DNA of 64,000 bases from Luminiphilus sp. (lineage in GTDB: Bacteria; Bacteroidota; Bacteroidia; Flavobacteriales_D; Sanyastnellaceae). Shown piece by piece: positions 19,575 through 28,719 of this stretch. The notes beneath the pieces were generated by a model. The model was given only the letters and a program-made list of their open reading frames with translations, searched no databases and was not told where the DNA came from. The stretch lies in NCBI GenBank assembly GCA_964221845.1, contig CAXPZW010000055.1, positions 1,896 through 65,895 of the forward strand, written 5' to 3'. The stretch's first letter is position 1. Each line of letters begins with the position of its first letter. A program made the translations under genes and the position numbers.

Positions 19575-20085
19575 ATGAAAGAATTCCTGTCTGCCCATGA
19601 TTTGGGCGATGCCCTCGAAGAGCTTTGCCAGCTCGCCACCAGCCGATGTAGCTTTTTGGTCCCCAGCCACGCTGTTGCCCTGTTCGACAGCGAACGGTTG
19701 GCCGCCGCGTTGGAGCAACGGCCACGGATCCGGTGTCAGGTGTTCTTTACAAGCCGAGCCCAAGAGCCAGGCATCGAAGCAGCCAATTTGCAGCCGTTCT
19801 CGCGCGTGCCCAACCTCGAGGTGTTTGAGGCCGAAGGGGAATTCAACGCCATCTTCTGCAATGAAATCTCCAGTGTTCTGGTGCCGGGCATGTTTCATCC
19901 CTTGGCGGCTTCACAAGGCTACTCCAGCCAGATGGGCCTGCACGATTACCCCGACTTCGAAGAACTAGAGCAACGCGCGCGTGCTGTATCGACGTACGCC
20001 CGTGTTTGGCAAACGCCTGTTTGGCCTGCGCCGCGTTTATCAAGGCTCGGACACCGAGACCTACGGGTTGTGCTTCCGCGCTTAG
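19575..20085 (+). CDS. Hypothetical protein with apparent frameshift at the (CG)4 tract around 19974-19981 (frame 0 to frame +1); the frame-restored product would end at TAG 20083-20085
   Basis: Coding-like codon usage 19575-19975 in frame 0; frame +1 from 19969 encodes ...VLYRRTPVFGKRLFGLRRVYQGSDTETYGLCFRA* with good codon usage; frame-0 read-through would overlap ridA by 250 bp. Confidence 0.35.
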
Positions 20086-20462
20086 CGCGCAGCGATCACG
20101 CTGATTTCCACATTCACATGCTTGGGCAGGACCGACACCTGCACACATTCACGCGCCGGGAAACCGTCGGAGAAGTAGCTGCCGTACACCGCATTGACAG
20201 CCGCAAAGTCGTTCATGTCTTTCAGGAAAATACTGGTCTTGATGATGTGCTCAAAGCCCAATCCGGCAGCGATCAACACCGCCTCGATGTTTTTCATGAT
20301 GCGGTGGGTTTCGGTGTCGATGTCCGAGAGTAGCAACTCACCGGTATCGGGATCCAACGCAATTTGGCCGCTAAGGAACACCAAGTTTCCAGCGCCAACA
20401 GCTTGGCTATAAGGCCCAATGGGCGCAGGAGCAGCCGAAGTTTCGTAAATGTCTTTTTGCAT
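20082..20462 (-). CDS. ridA: RidA/YjgF family reactive-intermediate deaminase
   Basis: MQKDIYETSAAPAPIGPYSQAV...GARECVQVSVLPKHVNVEI, a full-length RidA fold. Confidence 0.8.
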   Translation of the reverse strand: MQKDIYETSAAPAPIGPYSQAVGAGNLVFLSGQIALDPDTGELLLSDIDTETHRIMKNIEAVLIAAGLGFEHIIKTSIFLKDMNDFAAVNAVYGSYFSDGFPARECVQVSVLPKHVNVEISVIAAR

Positions 20463-20533
20463 GGGTAAGGTCCAGGGTGGTGACGCACGTGCGCCACACC
20501 CCGGCAAGATACCTCACAAGAATTTGGACACCG

Positions 20534-20950
20534 TTACATGGAAGGTGCTGCCCTCGCCCAAGGTGCTTTCCGCCCAGATTTCACCGGCGTGCAATTGTGC
20601 ATGTAATGGCCTTCGGCCACCACCACTTCGCCCTTGCTCCTGATCTGTTGGACTATGGGCCGCAACTGAAGGATGCTGGCCGGATGGGCCGTTTGCTCCA
20701 CGTTCATGCCCAACAAGTGATCGCGTTCATGGCCGAGAAGCTCCACGAATTTCTCGTTGAAATCCACAAAGCGCCCCACAGGGTCAGCCAATACAATGCC
20801 TACCGGATTCCGCTCAAACAGAGCGCGGAAACGGGCTTCTCGGCGTTCAAGTTCTTGCCTGGCCTCGCGCTCTTGGATGGTGCCCGAGAATCCTGCTTCG
20901 CGGATGACTTGTTCGTGGATGAAATTGGTATCATCGTCCACCAGCATCAC
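20534..20950 (-). CDS. Stand-alone PAS-domain protein (138 aa) with a vestigial receiver-like N-terminus (MMLVDDDTNFIHEQVI)
   Basis: PAS core ALFERNPVGIVLADPVGRFVDFNEKFVELLGHERDHLLGMNVEQTAHPA. Confidence 0.5.
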   Translation of the reverse strand: MMLVDDDTNFIHEQVIREAGFSGTIQEREARQELERREARFRALFERNPVGIVLADPVGRFVDFNEKFVELLGHERDHLLGMNVEQTAHPASILQLRPIVQQIRSKGEVVVAEGHYMHNCTPVKSGRKAPWARAAPSM

Positions 20951-21072
20951 CGTTTATAGAGAGTTCAGGTTGATAGTCATAAGTGCAAGTCTCAGTTGAG
21001 GTCAGAGAAGACTTAACGTCCTCTCAAGATAAACCAGACCGGCGATGATCGTTGTAGGAAGTTATCCTACCC

Positions 21073-23811
21073 CTAATAGAGCAGCGTGCTCTCCCCCAAA
21101 TTGCCCCTGCGCTGGAGCTTCAAATCCTGGAGTAGGGCGCTTTTGACGTTGAGTTGCAACGAGTAGCTCTGGCGCACGCCAAAGGGGATGTAGTTGAAGG
21201 CCAGCTCCCAACAGTGCAGGTCCCAGTACAGGGCCAAGTTGGTGGTGGTGAAGTCCTTGCCCACGATGTCGTAACCGGTGTTGAAGGTCACCTTCCAACG
21301 GTCCAACACGCGGAAGTCACCCCGTGCGGTAATGGCCGAAGTGTAGCGGTTGGTATCGGCTTGCTGGGTGGCGTCAAAGACTTTGGTCAGATTCAGGTTG
21401 TAGCCCAGCGCAAGAGACCACGGGGTGTTGAAATCCACAAACGCATCGCGGTTTTGGGCGATGATATCTTGATCGGCCTCCGACACCGGACGGTCGGGCC
21501 CGCGACTGCCTTTGTCCCGCGAGCTGAATTGCACATTGAAGCCCACGTTGCTGCTGCGCATGCGAAGCAGCTTGCCTTGGCTCTCGGCCAGGAAGGTGTC
21601 GATGGTGGCGCCGTTTTCGTCCCGATCGTAGGCGCTCCAGCTGCTGGAATAACTGAGGTTGAGCCGCTGCAGCACCGTGGTGTTTCCGCTCAAGGTCACG
21701 TTGCTCAAGTTGAGCGAGTCGGCCAGCAGGTTATAGGAGGTAGAGACCACAAAACGGTCGATCAGCTTGACCTTTTTGGTGGTGGGTTTGTCTCCGGAAT
21801 CGTCTTGCACCTTCATCTCCAAGTTGTTGGAGAGCGAGAAGTTGACCGAACCTGCTTCCCGCGTGTTGTTGGGGCTGTAGCGGGCCACCTCAAACGGATT
21901 GTATGAGGTGTATTCACCACCCTCCCCGAAGAAGCCGAACTGCTCGTAGGTGTTGTAAGGGGTGTAGGAAAAACCAACGGTAGGGGTCAATACGTGACGG
22001 ATGGCTTTCACCTTGCCGTCTCCCACCCGGAAGGTGCCGAAGAGCTGCGTGGTGGCGTTGGCCGAAACGCGCCAATCGTCGGCGTAGCGCAGACCGGCCA
22101 GCGTATCGCGGGTTTGCACCAAGGCATCCGGGTCAAAGCCCACGCTCAAGTAGCGGAACGCGAGGTAATTGTTGTACGTGAACGAAGGATTGATGGTCAC
22201 AAACCCGCCGCCGGTTTTAATGCTGGTGGTGGCCGTCAAGTTGCCGTTGACCCCATTGCGCATTTGGCGCAACAGCGAGGCCAGGTTGTTCAAGCGTACG
22301 TCGGATTCGTCGGCGTTGAGTTGGTTGTCAAAGTTCACGCTGCCGCTGACCCCGAGTTTGCTGATGCCCAACTTGTTGTACCACTTGCTGCCCGAAGCAC
22401 TCAAGCCCAACCACTTTTGCATGGGGTAAATCCGGCTCATGTTGAGGTTGACCGTGGGCACGTTCACGGTCACGGTTTGGTTGAGCGTGTTTTGGGTGTG
22501 TCCGCCGGTTACCGCCAGCGAAAATGGGGTACCTGGGAACGATTTGTTCCACCGCATGCTCGAGCGGAACGTGGAGCTCAAAAACTGCTCCTGGGAGGAG
22601 TTCAGGTTGTTGGTGAAGTTGGTTCCCGTACCAAAATTCAAGTCCGAGGTAAAACGCGTATTGGGACGTGCCTTGCTGTCTTGGGTGTGGTTCCAACGCA
22701 CGAAAAAGTCGGTGCGTTTGACGTAGTCGGGCAGTTCCGGGAAGCTTTGTTTGGTGACGGTGCGCGACACGGTAAATCCGCCGTTGTACCGGTAGCGCTT
22801 GCGGTAGTTGGTGACGTTACGCACGCTCCAGCTTCCGCGGCTGTAAATGTCTCCGGTAAACTTGGTATCGAGGTATTGCCCAATGGGGATGTAGTACCCA
22901 AATTCTTTGAGGAAAAAGCCCAAATCGCCCCCGTCGCCGTAGCCCGGGATGATGATGCCGTGGCTCTTCTCAATCTTGTTGGGGAAGAACGCAAACGGCA
23001 GCGCAAGCGGGGTGGGAATGCGTTCGAGTTGGAGGTATTGCGGGCCGGGGATCTTGGACTCTTTGATGCCCAGAATGCCCCGCGAGCGCTCTAAGACTTT
23101 GTTGCTGTCCACGCTCAATGGCAACGGGACGGGAATGGTAACGCCATTGAGTTCCATGTACACCGGTCCGGTCACAATCTTTTTGCCGGGCACGATGATG
23201 CCCTTGGAGATGTGGAAATGGAAGTGGGGATCGTCCGCATCGCAGGTGGTGAACTTGCCGTGGCGCATGTGCACCCACTCGTTGGCGTGGCGACGGGAGA
23301 TTTCGGTGTGGACGTACGCTTCCCCTTCGCGGGTGACCACAGAGCGGCTGTATCCGGACTTGGTTTTGAAGTTGAAACACAAGGTTTCTTGGGAGAACTC
23401 TTGCGCCCCGTCGCGGAACACCGGCTTGCCTTGCAGCACCCCAAGCGAATCGCGAATGCCAAAAGCACAAGCTTCGTTGTTGCGCGTGTCGAACACGATG
23501 GAATCCGCTTTGAGGATCATGGTTTCGTACTTGACCTCGGCGTTGCGCACCAAGTACCACTTCTCTTCCAACAGGTCAAAAAAGATGGAGTCGGCGTCGT
23601 AAAACACCGGAGCGTCGAGCACGTCCGGGTTGGAAGTCGGTGGAATACTATCGGGAGCGGCCTCCGCGTTGGAAGCTTCAGAGACCTCCTGCAAGGTGCT
23701 GTCGACCGGCGTGTTCACTCCGGTCGAATCGGCCTGTGCGCCCAGTCGGGACGCGGCCATTATCAACACGCAGAGCAGGATAATTTCACTTGTGCGCAAC
23801 AAACGACGCAT
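21073..23811 (-). CDS. lptD: LptD/OstA-like outer-membrane LPS-assembly protein (about 910 aa)
   Basis: Signal peptide MRRLLRTSEIILLCVLIMAASRLGAQ; OstA-like N-terminal beta-jellyroll region; C-terminal beta-barrel-like alternating pattern; start at internal Met. Confidence 0.5.
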   Translation of the reverse strand: MRRLLRTSEIILLCVLIMAASRLGAQADSTGVNTPVDSTLQEVSEASNAEAAPDSIPPTSNPDVLDAPVFYDADSIFFDLLEEKWYLVRNAEVKYETMILKADSIVFDTRNNEACAFGIRDSLGVLQGKPVFRDGAQEFSQETLCFNFKTKSGYSRSVVTREGEAYVHTEISRRHANEWVHMRHGKFTTCDADDPHFHFHISKGIIVPGKKIVTGPVYMELNGVTIPVPLPLSVDSNKVLERSRGILGIKESKIPGPQYLQLERIPTPLALPFAFFPNKIEKSHGIIIPGYGDGGDLGFFLKEFGYYIPIGQYLDTKFTGDIYSRGSWSVRNVTNYRKRYRYNGGFTVSRTVTKQSFPELPDYVKRTDFFVRWNHTQDSKARPNTRFTSDLNFGTGTNFTNNLNSSQEQFLSSTFRSSMRWNKSFPGTPFSLAVTGGHTQNTLNQTVTVNVPTVNLNMSRIYPMQKWLGLSASGSKWYNKLGISKLGVSGSVNFDNQLNADESDVRLNNLASLLRQMRNGVNGNLTATTSIKTGGGFVTINPSFTYNNYLAFRYLSVGFDPDALVQTRDTLAGLRYADDWRVSANATTQLFGTFRVGDGKVKAIRHVLTPTVGFSYTPYNTYEQFGFFGEGGEYTSYNPFEVARYSPNNTREAGSVNFSLSNNLEMKVQDDSGDKPTTKKVKLIDRFVVSTSYNLLADSLNLSNVTLSGNTTVLQRLNLSYSSSWSAYDRDENGATIDTFLAESQGKLLRMRSSNVGFNVQFSSRDKGSRGPDRPVSEADQDIIAQNRDAFVDFNTPWSLALGYNLNLTKVFDATQQADTNRYTSAITARGDFRVLDRWKVTFNTGYDIVGKDFTTTNLALYWDLHCWELAFNYIPFGVRQSYSLQLNVKSALLQDLKLQRRGNLGESTLLY

Positions 23812-23874
23812 AGGGGGCCACTTAATTTTGAAGAATTGGCACAAGAATGGCTCCAAAGCTACAGAAATAACGAA

Positions 23875-25062
23875 ATGACGATGCGGACACATACCGAACA
23901 CATCGCCCCGGTTTCTGGCTCGGATTCAGGTGGAAAACGCACAGCCCTGGCGTTTCTTGCCCTGGCTCTGTTGTTTCTCATTGCGGCTGCTCCTTCTTCG
24001 GAGTCGGCGCACGCCATTACCAAAATCGTGATCGACGCCGGTCACGGGGGCAGCGACCCGGGCAACCTCGGCACCGGGCGCTACAAGACCACCGAAAAAG
24101 ACATCACCCTGAATGTCGCCCTCGAAGTAGGTCGACGCATCCAACAGGCCTGCCCGGACTTGGAGATCGTTTACACCCGCACCGGCGACACCTTCCCAAC
24201 CCTCAAGGACCGGGTCAACATTGCCAACGACGCCCAAGCCGACCTGTTCATCTCGGTGCACTGCGACGCGTTTACCAAATCCAGCGCTTTTGGCAGCTCC
24301 ACGTTTGTGATGGGGATGCACAAGAACGAAGAGTCGCTGCGCACCGCCATGCAGGAGAATGCCTCGATCTACCTCGAGGACAACTACGAAGAGAACTACG
24401 CGGGCTTCAACCCCAAGGATCCGGACACCTACATCGCCATTGCCCTGCGCAACAACGTGTACATCGACCACTCGCTTCACCTGAGCAAGTACATCCAGGA
24501 CCAGTTCCGCGATGAGATCGGTCGCAAAGACCGCGGCGTACGCCAAGCAGGGTACTACGTGATCAGCTACACCACTATGCCAAGCGTACTGGTAGAGCTC
24601 GGGTTCTTGACCAACCCCACCGAAGAAGACTTCCTCAACACCCAAGCCGGCCAACACAAAATGGCCAATGGCATTGCCGAGGCGTTTGTCCAGTACAAAG
24701 GACAAATCGAAGGGGTGAAGATCACCCTGCCTCCCGCTGAGCCTGCGCCTGAACCCGAACCGGAAACCCCTGAGGTGGTGACCGAAACGGTGGACGACGG
24801 GCAAATCGTGTTCATGGTGCAAATCCTGTCTTCCAGCAAAGCGCTCGCAGCAGACGACCCTGCACTGCACGGGTTGGAGGACGTGAAAGAAGTCAAGAGC
24901 CGCGGGCTGTTCAAATACCTAGCCGGTGCAACCGGCTCGTTTGACACCGCCAAGGAAAACCAAGCCGCATTGCGCCAACTCGGATTCGCGGACGCGTTTG
25001 TGGTGGCCTACAAGGGAAAGAAACAAATCGGATTGGCCGAGGCCATCCGCAAAACGAAATAA
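23875..25062 (+). CDS. N-acetylmuramoyl-L-alanine amidase (Amidase_3, AmiC-like) with C-terminal SPOR domain
   Basis: IVIDAGHGGSDPG catalytic motif; C-terminal VQILSSSKAL...FADAFVVAYKGK SPOR-like. Confidence 0.8.
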   Translation: MTMRTHTEHIAPVSGSDSGGKRTALAFLALALLFLIAAAPSSESAHAITKIVIDAGHGGSDPGNLGTGRYKTTEKDITLNVALEVGRRIQQACPDLEIVYTRTGDTFPTLKDRVNIANDAQADLFISVHCDAFTKSSAFGSSTFVMGMHKNEESLRTAMQENASIYLEDNYEENYAGFNPKDPDTYIAIALRNNVYIDHSLHLSKYIQDQFRDEIGRKDRGVRQAGYYVISYTTMPSVLVELGFLTNPTEEDFLNTQAGQHKMANGIAEAFVQYKGQIEGVKITLPPAEPAPEPEPETPEVVTETVDDGQIVFMVQILSSSKALAADDPALHGLEDVKEVKSRGLFKYLAGATGSFDTAKENQAALRQLGFADAFVVAYKGKKQIGLAEAIRKTK

Positions 25063-25067
25063 CCGCT

Positions 25068-26102
25068 TTGAAAAAGATCTCTCGCGAATTTAAGATCGGG
25101 CTGATTGTACTGTTGAGTGCGGCGCTGCTGGTGCTGGGCTTCAACTACCTGAAGGGCATCAACCTGTTTGAGGAGCAGCGGACGTTCTTTGCCATTTACG
25201 GCAACGTGGACGGACTCCAGCCCTCGAACCCCGTCTTGCTGCAGGGCCTCAAGGTGGGGCTGGTGAAACAGGTGCGCTTCCACCCCGACGGCAGCGGGCG
25301 CATCGAAGTCGAATTTTTGATCGACGACCCCAACGTCAACCTGCCCAGCGACACCCGTGCCAAGATCTTCACTTCGGATTTCTTCGGGTCCAAGGCGATT
25401 GACATCCTGCCCGGTGCAAGCATGGTAATGGCCGATTCCAAAGACACTTTGCGCAGTGAGGTGGAAGAGGATTTGACCACCACCATCAAAAACGAATTCG
25501 AGCCGCTCAAGGCCAAGATCAACGAGCTCACCTCGGGGATCGACGTGATTGTGACCAACCTCAAGACCGTATTCGAGGACGACGCTACGCAAGGCCTGCC
25601 GCAAGTATTTGCGAGTCTGCAGCGCACCATGGAAACCCTGGAAGCCACCGCTGAAAAGCTCGACGCTACCGTGGCCGACAACCGCTCCAGCATCAACGGC
25701 ATCATCAACAATGTGAACGCCATCTCGGCCAACATCCGCGACAACAACGACGAGCTGAACGCCATTGTGCGCAACGTGGCCCAACTCTCGGATTCGCTGG
25801 CGCAGATGAACTTCAACCAAACCATCCGCAAGGCCGACGCCGCTATGGGCTCGTTGGCCGAGGTGATGCAAAAGGTGGAAAACGGCGAAGGCTCACTGGG
25901 CCTGCTGGTCTCGAGCGACTCGTTGCACAACGAAGTGGTGCGCACCAACCAAGAGCTCCAGCTGCTGATCAACGACATTTACGAGAACCCGTGGCGCTAC
26001 ATCCATGTTTCTATCTTTGGCAAGCGTGAGAAAGACCGATTCTCGCGCCGCGACGAACAGCGTATCCTGGACGTCGTTGAAGAAGCCGAAAAAGACAACT
26101 AG
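25068..26102 (+). CDS. MlaD/MCE-family protein
   Basis: N-terminal TM then MCE domain (NYLKGINLFEEQRTFFAIYGNVDGL..), long coiled-coil C-terminal part. Confidence 0.7.
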   Translation: MKKISREFKIGLIVLLSAALLVLGFNYLKGINLFEEQRTFFAIYGNVDGLQPSNPVLLQGLKVGLVKQVRFHPDGSGRIEVEFLIDDPNVNLPSDTRAKIFTSDFFGSKAIDILPGASMVMADSKDTLRSEVEEDLTTTIKNEFEPLKAKINELTSGIDVIVTNLKTVFEDDATQGLPQVFASLQRTMETLEATAEKLDATVADNRSSINGIINNVNAISANIRDNNDELNAIVRNVAQLSDSLAQMNFNQTIRKADAAMGSLAEVMQKVENGEGSLGLLVSSDSLHNEVVRTNQELQLLINDIYENPWRYIHVSIFGKREKDRFSRRDEQRILDVVEEAEKDN

Positions 26103-26114
26103 GAATCCACGCGT

Positions 26115-27446
26115 ATGATTGGGCAAATTGCCTTCGCACTCCTGCTGGGAGTAGCTGTGTTCTTCTTCGCCCGTCGCCTCGGGCACATCCGCAGCAACAT
26201 CAAACTGGGCCGTGACCTGGACCGCACCGATAACCGTGCTGCACGCTGGCGAACCATGGCCCGCGTGGCATTGGGGCAAGGCAAAATGGTTACCCGTCCG
26301 GTGGCCGGCATCATGCACATCATCATCTATGTGGGCTTTTTGATCGTCAACATCGAGCTCCTTGAAATCGTGTTGGACGGACTCACCGGGCACCACCGCT
26401 TGTTTGCCGGCAGCCTCGGCAGCGTGTATCCCTTCCTGATCAACACCTTTGAAATCATCGCCTTTTTGGTGGTGATCAGCTGCGTAGTGTTCCTGGCCCG
26501 CCGCTGGGTGATGAACATCAAGCGCTTCCACAACCCCGAAATGAAAGGCTGGCCCACACGCGACGCGACCATCATTTTGATTTGGGAGATGGTACTCATG
26601 TTCTGCCTGTTCAGCATGAACGCCACCGACAGCATTTTGGCCGCACGCGGCATGGACCACTACACCGTGGCCAGACCGTTTGCGATCAGCCAATACTTGG
26701 TCCCTTTATATGAAGGCATCGCAGACAACGGCACCTTGACCCTGCTCGAGCGCGCCTTCTGGTGGACCCACATCACCGGCATCCTCGGCTTCTTGGTGTA
26801 CGTGACCTACTCCAAGCACTTCCACATCATCCTGGCCTTCCCCAACACCTGGTACTCCAATCTGGCGCAGAAGGGCCGCATGACCAATATGGAAGCGGTC
26901 ACCAACGAGGTGAAGTTGATGATGGACCCTACGGCCGATCCGTACGCCGCCCCTGCTGCAGACGCTGCACCGCCCCAACGCTTTGGCGCCAAGGACGTGC
27001 AGGACCTGACCTGGAAAAACCTCATGGATGCCTACACCTGCACTGAGTGCGGCCGCTGTACTTCCAACTGTCCGGCCAACCAAACCGGCAAGAAACTCTC
27101 TCCCCGTAAAATCATGATGGACACCCGCGACCGCTTGGAAGTGGTGGGGGTCAACATCCGCGCCAGCGGGGAATTCCAAGACGACGGCAAGGCCCTGCTC
27201 GGCGACCACATTACCGAGGAGGAACTGTGGGCATGCACCAGCTGCAACGCTTGTGTTGAAGCCTGCCCGGTCAACATCGATCCTTTGAGCATCATTTTGG
27301 ACATGCGCCGCTACCTGATCATGGAGGAATCCAAGAGCCCAGAGAGCATCACCGCCATGTTCAACAACGTAGAAAACAACGGCGCACCGTGGGCCTTCAG
27401 CGCCATGGACCGCGACAAGTGGCGCGAAGAACTCAACCAAGCCTAA
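26115..27446 (+). CDS. Membrane-anchored 2x[4Fe-4S] ferredoxin-domain protein (HdrD/GlpC-like N-half)
   Basis: About 6 TM helices, then CTECGRCTSNCP and CTSCNACVEACP cluster motifs. Confidence 0.65.
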   Translation: MIGQIAFALLLGVAVFFFARRLGHIRSNIKLGRDLDRTDNRAARWRTMARVALGQGKMVTRPVAGIMHIIIYVGFLIVNIELLEIVLDGLTGHHRLFAGSLGSVYPFLINTFEIIAFLVVISCVVFLARRWVMNIKRFHNPEMKGWPTRDATIILIWEMVLMFCLFSMNATDSILAARGMDHYTVARPFAISQYLVPLYEGIADNGTLTLLERAFWWTHITGILGFLVYVTYSKHFHIILAFPNTWYSNLAQKGRMTNMEAVTNEVKLMMDPTADPYAAPAADAAPPQRFGAKDVQDLTWKNLMDAYTCTECGRCTSNCPANQTGKKLSPRKIMMDTRDRLEVVGVNIRASGEFQDDGKALLGDHITEEELWACTSCNACVEACPVNIDPLSIILDMRRYLIMEESKSPESITAMFNNVENNGAPWAFSAMDRDKWREELNQA

Positions 27447-27448
27447 CC

Positions 27449-28246
27449 ATGGAACAGACCTTCAACGTACCTACCGTAGCCGAACTTGCCGCCAAAGGCA
27501 AGACCCCTGAAATCCTGTTCTGGGTAGGCTGTGCCGGCTCTTTTGACGACCGCGCCAAAAAGATCACCAAAGCCATTGCCAAGATCCTGCAAAAGGCGGG
27601 CGTGAACTACGCCATCCTCGGCCAAGAAGAAACTTGCACCGGCGATCCCGCCAAGCGCGCAGGCAACGAGTTCTTGTTCCAGATGCAAGCCATGCAGAAC
27701 ATCATGACCATGAACGGCTACGGCATCAAGAAAGTGGTTACCGGATGTCCGCATTGCTTCAACACCCTCAAAAACGAGTACCCTGAGCTCGGCGGCGAAT
27801 ACGAAGTGATCCACCACACCCAGCTGATCCAAAGCCTCATTGGCGATGGCAAGCTGACCGTGAGTGGCGGCGAGTCGTTCAAAGGCAAGAAAATTACTTT
27901 CCACGATCCGTGCTACTTGGGCCGCGCCAACGGCGTCTATGAAGCCCCACGCAAAGCGCTGGAAAAACTGGATGCTGAGCTGGTGGAAATGAAACGCTGC
28001 AAGCAAAACGGCCTGTGCTGCGGTGCCGGCGGCGCACAAATGTTCAAGGAAGCCGAACCCGGCAACAAGGAGGTCAACGTCGAGCGCACCGAGGACGTGA
28101 TTGCCTCAGGCGCGCAAATCGTGGCTGCCGGATGTCCCTTCTGCAACACCATGATGACCGACGGCGTGAAGCACTTCGAAAAAGAAGGCGAAATCGTGGT
28201 CAAGGACATTGCGGAGTTGGTTGCAGAGGCGGAGGATTTGATTTAA
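27449..28246 (+). CDS. CCG-domain (Cys-rich) Fe-S binding protein (HdrD/GlpC-like C-half)
   Basis: Two CCG motifs (VGCAGSF...CTGDP...GCPHCFNTL; CCGAGGAQ...AGCPFCNTM). Confidence 0.65.
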   Translation: MEQTFNVPTVAELAAKGKTPEILFWVGCAGSFDDRAKKITKAIAKILQKAGVNYAILGQEETCTGDPAKRAGNEFLFQMQAMQNIMTMNGYGIKKVVTGCPHCFNTLKNEYPELGGEYEVIHHTQLIQSLIGDGKLTVSGGESFKGKKITFHDPCYLGRANGVYEAPRKALEKLDAELVEMKRCKQNGLCCGAGGAQMFKEAEPGNKEVNVERTEDVIASGAQIVAAGCPFCNTMMTDGVKHFEKEGEIVVKDIAELVAEAEDLI

Positions 28247-28690
28247 GCCATCCATGTGCTGAGCGCGACTGTCTACCAAGTGGTAGCGCAGCTGCTAGGA
28301 TCCCATTTTCAGCCCCCTATCTTCCCAGTGGGGCCTGCGGGTGCAGGCCCCAACGGGAACCCGTCCAGCTTTTGAACACACATGGCTTTGAACCCGCTCA
28401 CCGTTCGAATTGCTCCCATGTCCATCTAACTCAACACCGCCGCTACAAGGCTTTGGACACTAAAAGAGTCTTTGGCCAACAAAACGCTGCAGGCCTCAAA
28501 TAAGGGGGTGGAGACCGTGCAACGTTGGACAGGGACATGGGGCGCGTACCCTGCTCATTGAAGACTTTGTATTGACCATTGAGTGCAGGCGACCCTTCGG
28601 ACCTGCGCGACTTTTACGCATTCCACAATGGCATTGTAAATCTTTAACCCGGCGGGTTTGCGCACCCGGGTGACGGCGCCCACCTTTACC

Positions 28691-28698
28691 TATCTTTG
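28691..28698 (+). promoter_or_regulatory. Bacteroidetes -7 box TATCTTTG upstream of fabG
   Basis: Matches TAnnTTTG 22 nt upstream of ATG 28720. Confidence 0.35.
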
Positions 28699-28719
28699 GC
28701 GCCATCCAAAGCACAACCT

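Noticed and set aside
19503-19898. 131-aa minus-strand ORF
   Set aside because: It has poor protein-like composition. The plus-strand frame in the same region has better codon usage and a divergent-promoter arrangement.
18366-20333. 655-aa plus-strand ORF
   Set aside because: The first 1.1 kb is antisense to the GT2 gene. Only the 19575 onward portion looks coding, and that is reported separately as a frameshifted hypothetical gene.
28261-28300. tRNA-like fragment (ccaagtggtagcgcagctg)
   Set aside because: It only resembles a D-arm. No acceptor stem, anticodon arm or T-arm could be assembled.
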